From positions 1 through 53,110 of the forward strand of contig CAUZKZ010000001.1 in assembly GCA_963580345.1 (NCBI GenBank): DNA of 53,110 nt, read 5' to 3'. This DNA is from Verrucomicrobiia bacterium. GTDB lineage: Bacteria > Verrucomicrobiota > Verrucomicrobiia > Verrucomicrobiales > Akkermansiaceae. A program made the position numbers and the translations under genes. The number at the start of each line of letters is the position of its first letter. The first letter of the stretch is position 1. Positions 36,996-44,336 of the stretch are shown in pieces. The notes beneath the pieces are model-generated. The model was not told the DNA's origin and ran no database searches. It saw nothing but the letters and a program-made list of their open reading frames with translations.

Positions 36996-39191
36996 ATGAT
37001 AAGACTCTGGCTCGGAATTTTTTCTCTCCTCCCGGCCCTGGCGGGCGCCCAGGAGAGGAATGAAGGGGATGGTGGGGCAGCCCCGGCGAAGCAGGGAGGG
37101 GGCGAAGAGACCTACGCGGGCAAGGTGGTGGTGATCAAGGTCGGTCCGAAGGACATGCTCGATCTCAGGAAGTTCCAGGACTGGAAGAAGGTCCTGGAGC
37201 GCGTGGAACAGGAGAAGGCGCGGGCGGTGGTGTTCCGGATCGATGCGCCGGGAGGGTATGCCACCCAGACCTTCGAACTGATGGAGCAGACGGCGGGTCT
37301 GACCGTGCCCTCCGTGGCCTGGGTGGAGCGCGAGGCGCTGAGTGCCGGAGCCCTCCTGGCGGTCTCGACCCGAACCATTTACATGGCACCCGACTCCCTG
37401 ATCGGGGGTGCCGGCGCGCTCAGCCTCAACCAGGAAGAGACCCCCGCGGCGGTGCAGAAACACATGAGTCTTTTGCAGGCCAAGACGCGGACGGTGGCTG
37501 GAAAGCAAGGGCACAATCTCGAATTGATACGGGTCATGCTAGGCGCGCCGGAGGAGGAGAAGAGATTCGGGAGCGTGGTGGTTCCCAAGGGATCGATTCT
37601 GACTCTCACGGCGAGCGAGGCCGCTTCGGAAGTCGACGGGAAGCCGCTCCTGGCCCGAGGTGTGGTGAAGGACATCGAGGAGTTGCTCGAGAAAGAGGGT
37701 CTGGCCGGGGCCGTGATCGCGACCGGGACGGCCAAGCCGCAACCGAATTCGAAAGGGGCCGTTCCTCCCGCCGAACGCCAGGGCGTGAAACGGGAGGAGG
37801 GGGAAGAGAAGGAAGACCTCCCCGGCAAGACGCAGGAGGAGAGTTTCCAAGGTCAGATCGTGGTGCTCAGAATTGGGGAGAGCGACCTCGTCAACAAGCA
37901 GAGCTTCAAGTTCTGGCGGCGCATGCTGCGGCGGGCGGAGGACGAGAAGGCTGCAGCGGTGATCTTCGACATCGATACGCCCGGGGGATACGCCTTCAAA
38001 ACAAAAGAGATGATGACCGAGATCACGCGCCTGAAGGTGCCCTCCTTCGCCTTCGTGAACGAGGACGCTCTCAGTGCGGGTGCGCTCGTCTCGGTCGCCA
38101 CGGATGGAATCTACATGAACCCGGACTCCCTCATCGGGGCGGCCGGACTGGTGAGCAGCACCGGCGAGATCGAGGAGATGATGCGGAAGAAGCTGCACAG
38201 CGTCTTCGAGGCGCATGTCCGGGCCGTGGCGGAAAAGAAGGGATACGATCCGGAACTGATTCGCGCCATGATGATTCCCGACGAGAAACGGGACCGTGTC
38301 TTTGGAGAGGTGGTGGTGAAAAAAGGGGAACTGCTCACCCTCACGGCCAATGAGGCCACCTCCCTGCGGGACGGAAAGCCGCTCCTGGCGAAAGGGATCG
38401 TGACCAGCCTGGAAGAACTCGCCGCTCGGGAAGGCCTTGAGGGCGTGCCGGTCGTGCGGGCCGAGCCAACCCCGTTCGAGCACTTCGCGTGGTGGGTGGC
38501 GAAATATTCCTTTCTCCTCATCCTGGTCGGGATGGGGGCGGCCTACGCCGAGATGAAGGCGCCGGGATTCGGAATCGGCGGAGCGATTTCCCTCACCGCT
38601 TTCGGGATTTTCTTTTTCGGAAACTACGTGGCGGGGAACCTCGCTGGCTATGAGATGGTGGCGCTCTTCGTGCTGGGATTGATCCTGATCCTGGTGGAGA
38701 TCTTCCTGATTCCCGGCACGGGAGTGGCGGGCCTTGCCGGCGCGGTCTGCATCGTCGCGGCGCTGCTGTTCGGGATGGTCGACAAGGTGGAGTGGGGCGA
38801 TTGGAAGGGGGGTGAATTGAGCGGCAATTTCCTCGACGTCCTGCGCGGTCCCGTTCTCAGCCTGGGTGGGGGGCTGCTGGGCGGATCGATTCTCATCGTG
38901 GTCCTGATGCGCTTCCTTCCCGACGTTCCGCTCTTCCGATTCCTGATGGTGGAGAAGAAACTGGCGGGGGGTGCGTCTCTGCCGGAATCGGCCGGAGCCG
39001 GGCACGAGGAACGCGTGGGATGGACCGGCGACACCCTCACCGATCTTCGCCCGGCCGGCAAAGCGCAGTTCGGTGACGAGGCCCTCGATGTGGTGGCGAA
39101 CGACGGATCATTCATCCCCAAGGGGGCACGGGTGCGAATCGTGGAACAAGACGGAATGCGGGTGGTTGTCGCACAAATCGACGCGATATAA
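36996..39191 (+). CDS. NfeD-family membrane-bound serine protease with two tandem ClpP/S49-like domains, TM block and C-terminal OB-fold (NfeD) domain
   Basis: Signal peptide MIRLWLGIFSLLPALAGA. Two copies of the pattern ..VVF(I/R)IDxPGGY..(E/D)ALSAGAL...IYM(A/N)PDSLIG(G/A)AG.., then 4-5 TM helices, then C-terminal ..LRPAGKAQFGDEALDVVANDGSFIPKGARVRIVE.. Confidence 0.8.
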   Translation: MIRLWLGIFSLLPALAGAQERNEGDGGAAPAKQGGGEETYAGKVVVIKVGPKDMLDLRKFQDWKKVLERVEQEKARAVVFRIDAPGGYATQTFELMEQTAGLTVPSVAWVEREALSAGALLAVSTRTIYMAPDSLIGGAGALSLNQEETPAAVQKHMSLLQAKTRTVAGKQGHNLELIRVMLGAPEEEKRFGSVVVPKGSILTLTASEAASEVDGKPLLARGVVKDIEELLEKEGLAGAVIATGTAKPQPNSKGAVPPAERQGVKREEGEEKEDLPGKTQEESFQGQIVVLRIGESDLVNKQSFKFWRRMLRRAEDEKAAAVIFDIDTPGGYAFKTKEMMTEITRLKVPSFAFVNEDALSAGALVSVATDGIYMNPDSLIGAAGLVSSTGEIEEMMRKKLHSVFEAHVRAVAEKKGYDPELIRAMMIPDEKRDRVFGEVVVKKGELLTLTANEATSLRDGKPLLAKGIVTSLEELAAREGLEGVPVVRAEPTPFEHFAWWVAKYSFLLILVGMGAAYAEMKAPGFGIGGAISLTAFGIFFFGNYVAGNLAGYEMVALFVLGLILILVEIFLIPGTGVAGLAGAVCIVAALLFGMVDKVEWGDWKGGELSGNFLDVLRGPVLSLGGGLLGGSILIVVLMRFLPDVPLFRFLMVEKKLAGGASLPESAGAGHEERVGWTGDTLTDLRPAGKAQFGDEALDVVANDGSFIPKGARVRIVEQDGMRVVVAQIDAI

Positions 39192-39331
39192 CCGAAACGT
39201 TTATTCACAAATCTTAATGCAATCTCTAGACAACTTTTCGCCCCGCAGGCGTTTAATTGAATGACGGTAAAATCGTCGGAATAAACTCCGCGAAATAGCC
39301 GTCTCACGGGTAGAAAGGGCAAGACAAAACC

Positions 39332-39502
39332 ATGAAGATTCGAAAGAAGATCAACGAAGGCAAAAGCCGCGAATTTCTGCTCAAGGAATACTTTCTCAAC
39401 GCTTATCTGATTGCAATGTTGAAGCAGGTAGGCGCGGGAGTGAGGAGCCGTGGCGATACCGAAAACGCGAAGTTCGCGGAAACCGTGGCAGGGCAGAACT
39501 AG
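39332..39502 (+). CDS. Small hypothetical ORF (56 aa) in a lower-GC intergenic island
   Basis: ATG..TAG translated by hand: MKIRKKINEGKSREFLLKEYFLNAYLIAMLKQVGAGVRSRGDTENAKFAETVAGQN. Below the track's 60-aa cutoff. GC3 is about 66% by my count, lower than neighbouring genes. No recognisable family. Confidence 0.35.
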   Translation: MKIRKKINEGKSREFLLKEYFLNAYLIAMLKQVGAGVRSRGDTENAKFAETVAGQN

Positions 39503-39587
39503 AGGCCCTCGCACAAGAATTTTCAAGAGCCAGCGGTAGCGGTCTTTGTGGGTTTTGGCCGCCCCGCTGGCTCGGCAGGGTTCGGGG

Positions 39588-39617
39588 TTCCGATTCCGAT
39601 TCCGATTCCGATTCCGA
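39588..39617. repeat. Hexanucleotide microsatellite (TTCCGA)x5
   Basis: Five perfect tandem copies, read directly from the sequence. Confidence 0.95.
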
Positions 39618-39678
39618 ATTTGAACTTTCGAGTTTCAGATTGGCGGCACGATTCTGAATTTCGATTTCTGATCTCCCG

Positions 39679-39705
39679 GATCTCAGATCTCAGATCTCAG
39701 ATCTG
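39679..39705. repeat. Heptanucleotide tandem repeat (GATCTCA)x3 plus a partial copy; contains repeated AGATCT palindromes
   Basis: Read directly from the sequence. The TGA stop (39697-39699) of the M20 peptidase gene lies inside the repeat. Confidence 0.95.
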
Positions 39706-40812
39706 GAATCGCTCCTGCAGGTACTTCTGATAGATTGCGTAGAAGGTCACCATGGAGTCGATGTCGATCCATTCCTTCTTCGAGTGAAGCTTTCCACACA
39801 AGGGGCGGGACATGATGACGGGGATGTTATGGGCAGCAAGGAAGCGGGCATCCGAGCCGCCATGTTCGCGCCGTTGGTGGGGGCGGTGACCGAGGATCGC
39901 TTGACAGGCGTCGAAGAAGGCCGGGTCGGGCGAAAGGCGGTTCGGTGCGGCCGACATAACCGGGGTGGCGGTCACCCCGTCCCCCAGGACAGCCCCGATT
40001 TTCCGGACCAGGTCCCCGGCTTTGATGGGATGCGGGTAACGGATGTCGAGAGTGGCTGCGGCGTGAGACGGGACGCGGTTGAAGGAGCGATTCGGGGTGT
40101 TGACGCTCGTGACGGCGCAGGTCGCGTACCAATGGTCGGGATCGGCCCCCGGCGGAAAGAGCCGCAGGATATCCTCGATCGTTGCGACAATCCGGGCGAG
40201 GGCGTTTTTTCCGAGCCATGGCCGGGCGGCGTGGCAGGCGGCCCCCGTTGATTCGAGGTGCAGGTGGAGGATGCCCTTTTCTTCCACCACCACCTCGTCG
40301 AGCGATCCGCCGTCGGGGACCATACCGACCTTGCATCGAAGACCATGCTCCTCGAGGAGAGCCTTCGTCCCGTTTTCCCCGCCGATCTCTTCGTCGGTGG
40401 TGATGGCAAGGCCGAGCGGGACCCCGGGCGACTGGAGGTGGAAGAAGCGAAAAAGTTCGAGGAGAATCGCCACGATCCCCTTCATGTCGCCGGTTCCGGG
40501 GCCGTAGATGCGCCCGTCAGCGAGTTCGGAGCGATACGACTCGCGGTTGGGATGGTGCACGACATCGATATGGCCGAACATCACGACGTCGGGTTCGAGG
40601 CAACCTTCCGGAAGGGCGACGAGAGAGAGAACGCCCCCCGTTTCGTAGGAATGGACGGTCACGCCCTCGAGGGACTCGAGGTGGTTTCCGACCCACTCGA
40701 TGGAGCGGTGCAGTTCGTCCGGACGCTTCTCCGTTCCCGGTATCAGGACCAGATCGCGGGTGAGGGCGATGAGCCGTTCCCGCAGACCGGCGGTGTCGAG
40801 GGAAGTGGTCAA
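39697..40812 (-). CDS. M20-family metallopeptidase (ArgE/DapE/dipeptidase-like)
   Basis: Motifs MFGHIDVVH, GPGTGDMKG, ITTDEEIGGENG, HAARPWLGKNA and GGSDARF. Start uncertain: TTG at 40812 gives 371 aa, while the track's TTG at 40938 would run into the hairpin region. Confidence 0.8.
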   Translation of the reverse strand: MTTSLDTAGLRERLIALTRDLVLIPGTEKRPDELHRSIEWVGNHLESLEGVTVHSYETGGVLSLVALPEGCLEPDVVMFGHIDVVHHPNRESYRSELADGRIYGPGTGDMKGIVAILLELFRFFHLQSPGVPLGLAITTDEEIGGENGTKALLEEHGLRCKVGMVPDGGSLDEVVVEEKGILHLHLESTGAACHAARPWLGKNALARIVATIEDILRLFPPGADPDHWYATCAVTSVNTPNRSFNRVPSHAAATLDIRYPHPIKAGDLVRKIGAVLGDGVTATPVMSAAPNRLSPDPAFFDACQAILGHRPHQRREHGGSDARFLAAHNIPVIMSRPLCGKLHSKKEWIDIDSMVTFYAIYQKYLQERFQI

Positions 40813-40883
40813 GTCGGTTTGAAGAGAGAATTGGACTGGGCGGGGAACGGTGAGCAGGGGAAACTGGCGAGATTGGCCTCGAA

Positions 40884-41084
40884 CTAGTTTTCGCCGAAAT
40901 CTCGACACTCCAAGCTCCAAATAAATCCCAGCGACCAAATCTCAGATACAAAGACTCGCGGTTCACTGTGATTGGCCCTTGGGGTTGTCACTTGAAGTTT
41001 ATTTGGAACTTGGAGGGTGAAGTTTTCGAGAGACCGGGGAGTCGTTTTGGACCACGACGAGACGTGGAACGGCCGTGCGCGCAT
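40884..41084 (-). CDS. Questionable 66-codon ORF starting directly at the ATP-grasp stop (TGAATG)
   Basis: True ATG with zero-nt spacing from the upstream stop. However, GC3 is only about 55% by my count and the ORF spans both hairpin arms. It may be non-coding. Confidence 0.2.
   Translation of the reverse strand: MRARPFHVSSWSKTTPRSLENFTLQVPNKLQVTTPRANHSEPRVFVSEIWSLGFIWSLECRDFGEN
40900..41031 (-). ncRNA. Long imperfect hairpin: 18-bp stem (40908-40925 / 40998-41015) plus 6-bp outer stem (40900-40905 / 41026-41031), ~72-nt loop. Candidate structured intercistronic RNA or MITE-like element
   Basis: Arms are CTCCAAGCTCCAAATAAA and TTTATTTGGAACTTGGAG. The single non-Watson-Crick position is a G-U wobble on the minus-strand transcript but a C-A mismatch on the plus strand. 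The local region is AT-rich. Confidence 0.5.
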
Positions 41085-42425
41085 TCAATCCCGATCGAAG
41101 ACGAGATCCTCCAGTGAGAGGGTGCGTTCGATGAGTCCGTGCACATCGAGGAGGTTGCGGCCCAGGAAGAGGAACTGCCCCTTGCTGACCAGTCCGTCGT
41201 CTTCGAGGTTGAAATTGATGGGGAGAACGCCGTGCTCCGCACCGGGGCGGAAGAGAAGGTCGGCCCGGTCGAGATTGCCGAGAATGCGCGACCCATCCGC
41301 CGCTTCGGGAAGTCGCAGATTACGCATCAGCCACGTGCCCTCGGGCTGGAAATGTCGCGCCAGGAGCGAGGGGTAGGTCGCGCCAGTGACGCGGGCGTTC
41401 AATTCGCAGACCCGCACTTCGATCCCGCCGCCGTGCAGGAAGGCGAGATGGAAATCAGCGCTGGCGGTTCCGCGGTAGCCCTGCCGGTGTAGCCAGCATC
41501 CCGCCCGGCCGGATTGACGCATCAATTCCTCCTCGAGGGACGGATCGCTGAAGGACTCCGGCGGAGCGACGTTGCCTTCGTGCACGCTGTCATCGCCCAG
41601 GATCTGGTCGGTGATGTCGTAGAGGTGGACCGTGTCGTCGGTGACAACCATTTGCACGCTGGGGGAAGCCACGTGACTGATTCGCTCCACGCTGCTGTCG
41701 AGCCAGCCTTCGACGAGGCAGGGGCCTTCGCGGAAGTGGCTGGCAGGAATGGGAGGGGGATCCGCGGTGGCGAAGCGCATCAGGCCGATGCCCGAGGCGC
41801 CGATCGCGGACTTGGCGGCTGCAAAGCGGTAGCCACGCCGGGCGAGCTCGGCGGCGGCGGTATTGATCTCGGCGGGAGAGGTGGTCTCGATGCTTTCGAA
41901 GACCAGCTCCCCGGACTCCTTGAGGAAGCGGTGCAGGAGGACCTTGTCGTTGCCCTGGCGGCTTCCCGCCGTGGTTCCGGCGAGGCGGGCGCCGGTGCGC
42001 TCCGCAGTGGTCGCAATACGCTGGTCGGTGACGAATCCGTCCAGGTGGCATTGCGGGGTGTCGCGAATGGCGGCTTCAATTTCGGCGGGGGGAGGCAGGT
42101 GGGGATCGTAGGTGAGAAGGCGGGGGAGGCGCAGTTGCAGTTCTGCGCCGAAGTAGTGGTGAAAGATCTCGAGCGGGAGCCGCTCCATCACGAGGAGATT
42201 TTCCTCGCCGCTCCAGAGCAGAGAGATGATAGGCAGGAGGCGGCCGCCGTAGGAACTCAGGGTGGTCACGCATTGGCGGAGTTCCTCGGTGAGTTCATCG
42301 TTGTCGAAGAACATGCAACTGAGGTTTGCAAAGTACGCGACGTTGCCGGAGCGGGCCGGGGGAAGGCTGCCGGGGATGGCCTGCACCGAGGGAACGCTGG
42401 TGGAATCGGGAGAGGAGCTCGTCAT
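41085..42425 (-). CDS. ATP-grasp-fold ligase-like protein with ~150-aa N-terminal domain of unknown function
   Basis: ATP-grasp-like elements NDKVLLHRFLKESG, YRFAAAKSAIGASGIGLMRF, LVEGWL, and ADFHL..IEVRVCELNARVTGATYP (an E-x-N Mg-binding-type motif). The family was not confirmed by any search. Confidence 0.5.
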   Translation of the reverse strand: MTSSSPDSTSVPSVQAIPGSLPPARSGNVAYFANLSCMFFDNDELTEELRQCVTTLSSYGGRLLPIISLLWSGEENLLVMERLPLEIFHHYFGAELQLRLPRLLTYDPHLPPPAEIEAAIRDTPQCHLDGFVTDQRIATTAERTGARLAGTTAGSRQGNDKVLLHRFLKESGELVFESIETTSPAEINTAAAELARRGYRFAAAKSAIGASGIGLMRFATADPPPIPASHFREGPCLVEGWLDSSVERISHVASPSVQMVVTDDTVHLYDITDQILGDDSVHEGNVAPPESFSDPSLEEELMRQSGRAGCWLHRQGYRGTASADFHLAFLHGGGIEVRVCELNARVTGATYPSLLARHFQPEGTWLMRNLRLPEAADGSRILGNLDRADLLFRPGAEHGVLPINFNLEDDGLVSKGQFLFLGRNLLDVHGLIERTLSLEDLVFDRD

Positions 42426-43051
42426 GACGGACCCTGGCGACGAAAGATCGCGATGTGCCGGTCGACCGACTTGCCCGGCGCGCCGGTGAAGGCGCGGGAG
42501 AGAGGATTGCGATACTCGGCGACCTTGCTGGCTCCGAGTCTGGCGAGTTCCTCGCAGGCGAGGCGATGCTCCTTGTCGAAATAGGAGGTGATGACGAAGA
42601 GCCCGTCGTCGTTCAGTTGCCGGAGCGCACCGTCGAACATGCGTCCCCAGAGGGCGGGGTCGTTCCAGAAATTCTGGTGGCGGAGAAAGGCGACGTCGAA
42701 GCGGTCCGCGGAGCCAAGCGAGGCGAGGAAACGCCGGCCGTCGTCGACGTGGAAGCGGGTCTGGATGTCGTCGTCGCTCCCGGTGCGCCAGCGTTGCTGC
42801 GCCTCCTCGATCTCGGCGGCGCGGATGTCGGCCCCCACGATTTCAAGCCCGCCGCCCTCGCCGCGGAAGATTTCGGCCAGCACCGCGGTCTCGTCGGCGC
42901 GGCCACAGGCGAGGTTGAGGAGGCGCGGGGCGAGATTCGGCTTCTCCACCTCCGGGACCGCGGCCAGCGCGCTTTGCAGGGCTATTTTGAGAGTTCCGAT
43001 CTCCTCCGGGAGTTCCAGGAACGAAAATGGAAGATTTGGCTGGAGTGGCAC
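42422..43051 (-). CDS. Class I SAM-dependent methyltransferase
   Basis: Motif I-like LLNLACGRADETAVLAEIF, later FDVAFLRHQNFW and DDGLFVITSY. GTG start. Its stop overlaps the ATP-grasp ATG (ATGA). Confidence 0.6.
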   Translation of the reverse strand: MPLQPNLPFSFLELPEEIGTLKIALQSALAAVPEVEKPNLAPRLLNLACGRADETAVLAEIFRGEGGGLEIVGADIRAAEIEEAQQRWRTGSDDDIQTRFHVDDGRRFLASLGSADRFDVAFLRHQNFWNDPALWGRMFDGALRQLNDDGLFVITSYFDKEHRLACEELARLGASKVAEYRNPLSRAFTGAPGKSVDRHIAIFRRQGPS

Positions 43052-43146
43052 GGCGACCCGATTAAAAGCCGCCCTTCGACCGATTCAAGAGTTGAGTTAA
43101 CCTCTTCTTTCTGCAAGCATTTCGCGACTATCGAGCGTCCTTTACA

Positions 43147-44298
43147 ATGACCCCGACCCCCACGCCTGTTCTGGCCCTCACCCCCGAGTTGGAGGAACTG
43201 GTCCGGAGCATTTCAGATCAGTTTGCGATCGAGGGGGAGTACCTCCGCGGGGAGGAAGTTGAGAGCGGCCATATCAACTCGACCTACCTGGCGACCTACG
43301 AGCTGTCGGATGGGGCGCAACGGCGCTACATCCTGCAACGGATCAACGAGAAGGTCTTCAAGGATCCCCTCGCGGTGATGCGCAACGTGGAGTGCGTGAC
43401 GTCCCACATCAACTGGAAGGTGCTTCGCAAGAAGAAGGACATGGGCGGGCAGACCCTGAGTCTTTATCCGCACAAGACCGGCCGCTTTTACGTGAATGGG
43501 GAAGGTGGCGGGATCTGGCGGTGCTACAATTTCTTTGAGGGCTGCCAGACCTACGACGTGGTGGAGAACACGCGCCAGGCCTACGAAGCGGGGCACGCCT
43601 TCGGCGCTTTCCAGAACCTGGTGAGCGATCTCCCACCGGAAGAGATCGTGGAAACCATTCCGGACTTTCACCACACCCGCAAGCGTTACGATGCGCTGAT
43701 GCAGGCTGTGGATGAGGACCCCTGCGGACGCGTGGCGGAGGTCGCTTCGGAGTTGGAATTCGTTCGTCGCAACGAAGACGCAGTGGACCGACTGCTCGAT
43801 CTCAGGGCCCGGGGCGCCGTTCCGCTGCGCATCACCCACAACGATACCAAGATCAACAACGTCCTCTTCGACATGGAGACGGATGAGGCGGTCTGCGTGA
43901 TCGACCTCGACACCGTCATGCCGGGATTGAGTCTCTACGACTTCGGCGACATGGTGCGGACCGCTGCCAATCCCGCCGCCGAAGACGAGCGCGATCTGGA
44001 TAAAGTCCAGGTGCGCATCGGCGTGTTCGAGGCGCTGGTGGAAGGCTACCTGGCCGCGGCGGGTACGGTGCTGACCGATACGGAAATTGCCAATATGGCC
44101 TTTTCGGGCCGGTTGATCTCGCTGGAACTGGGAATGCGTTTCCTGACCGACCACCTGAGGGGCGACCAGTACTTTCGAGTGCATCGCGAAGACCAGAATC
44201 TCGACCGCGCGCGGACTCAGATCCGTCTCGCGGCACACATCGCGCAGCACGAAAAGGAGATGAACAGTTTCGTGCAGAAGGTGGCGAACTCGCGGTGA
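43147..44298 (+). CDS. APH-family phosphotransferase, N-acetylhexosamine-1-kinase (NahK)-like
   Basis: Catalytic-loop motif ITHNDTKINNVLFD and the Mg-binding motif VIDLDTVMPG. The N-terminal segment GHINSTY resembles the family's nucleotide-binding loop. Confidence 0.65.
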   Translation: MTPTPTPVLALTPELEELVRSISDQFAIEGEYLRGEEVESGHINSTYLATYELSDGAQRRYILQRINEKVFKDPLAVMRNVECVTSHINWKVLRKKKDMGGQTLSLYPHKTGRFYVNGEGGGIWRCYNFFEGCQTYDVVENTRQAYEAGHAFGAFQNLVSDLPPEEIVETIPDFHHTRKRYDALMQAVDEDPCGRVAEVASELEFVRRNEDAVDRLLDLRARGAVPLRITHNDTKINNVLFDMETDEAVCVIDLDTVMPGLSLYDFGDMVRTAANPAAEDERDLDKVQVRIGVFEALVEGYLAAAGTVLTDTEIANMAFSGRLISLELGMRFLTDHLRGDQYFRVHREDQNLDRARTQIRLAAHIAQHEKEMNSFVQKVANSR

Positions 44299-44336
44299 GC
44301 CGTCGGCCCGGGACCGGGGGCGGACCGGAGCGGGGA

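Noticed and set aside
39588-39705. Possible CRISPR array or other spaced-repeat locus
   Set aside because: The repeats are contiguous 6- and 7-nt microsatellites without spacers, there are no 25-40-nt repeat units, and no cas genes occur in the window.
39332-41084. The 56-aa and 66-aa small ORFs as graspetide/microviridin-type precursor peptides for the ATP-grasp enzyme
   Set aside because: Neither has a recognisable leader motif (such as PFFARFL) or a repeated Thr/Ser-x-Lys...Asp/Glu core. The 56-aa ORF is on the opposite strand, 1.6 kb away beyond the peptidase. The 66-codon ORF has poor codon bias and coincides with a hairpin. The ATP-grasp ORF is also much longer than known graspetide ligases. 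This is kept only as a minor alternative in the findings.
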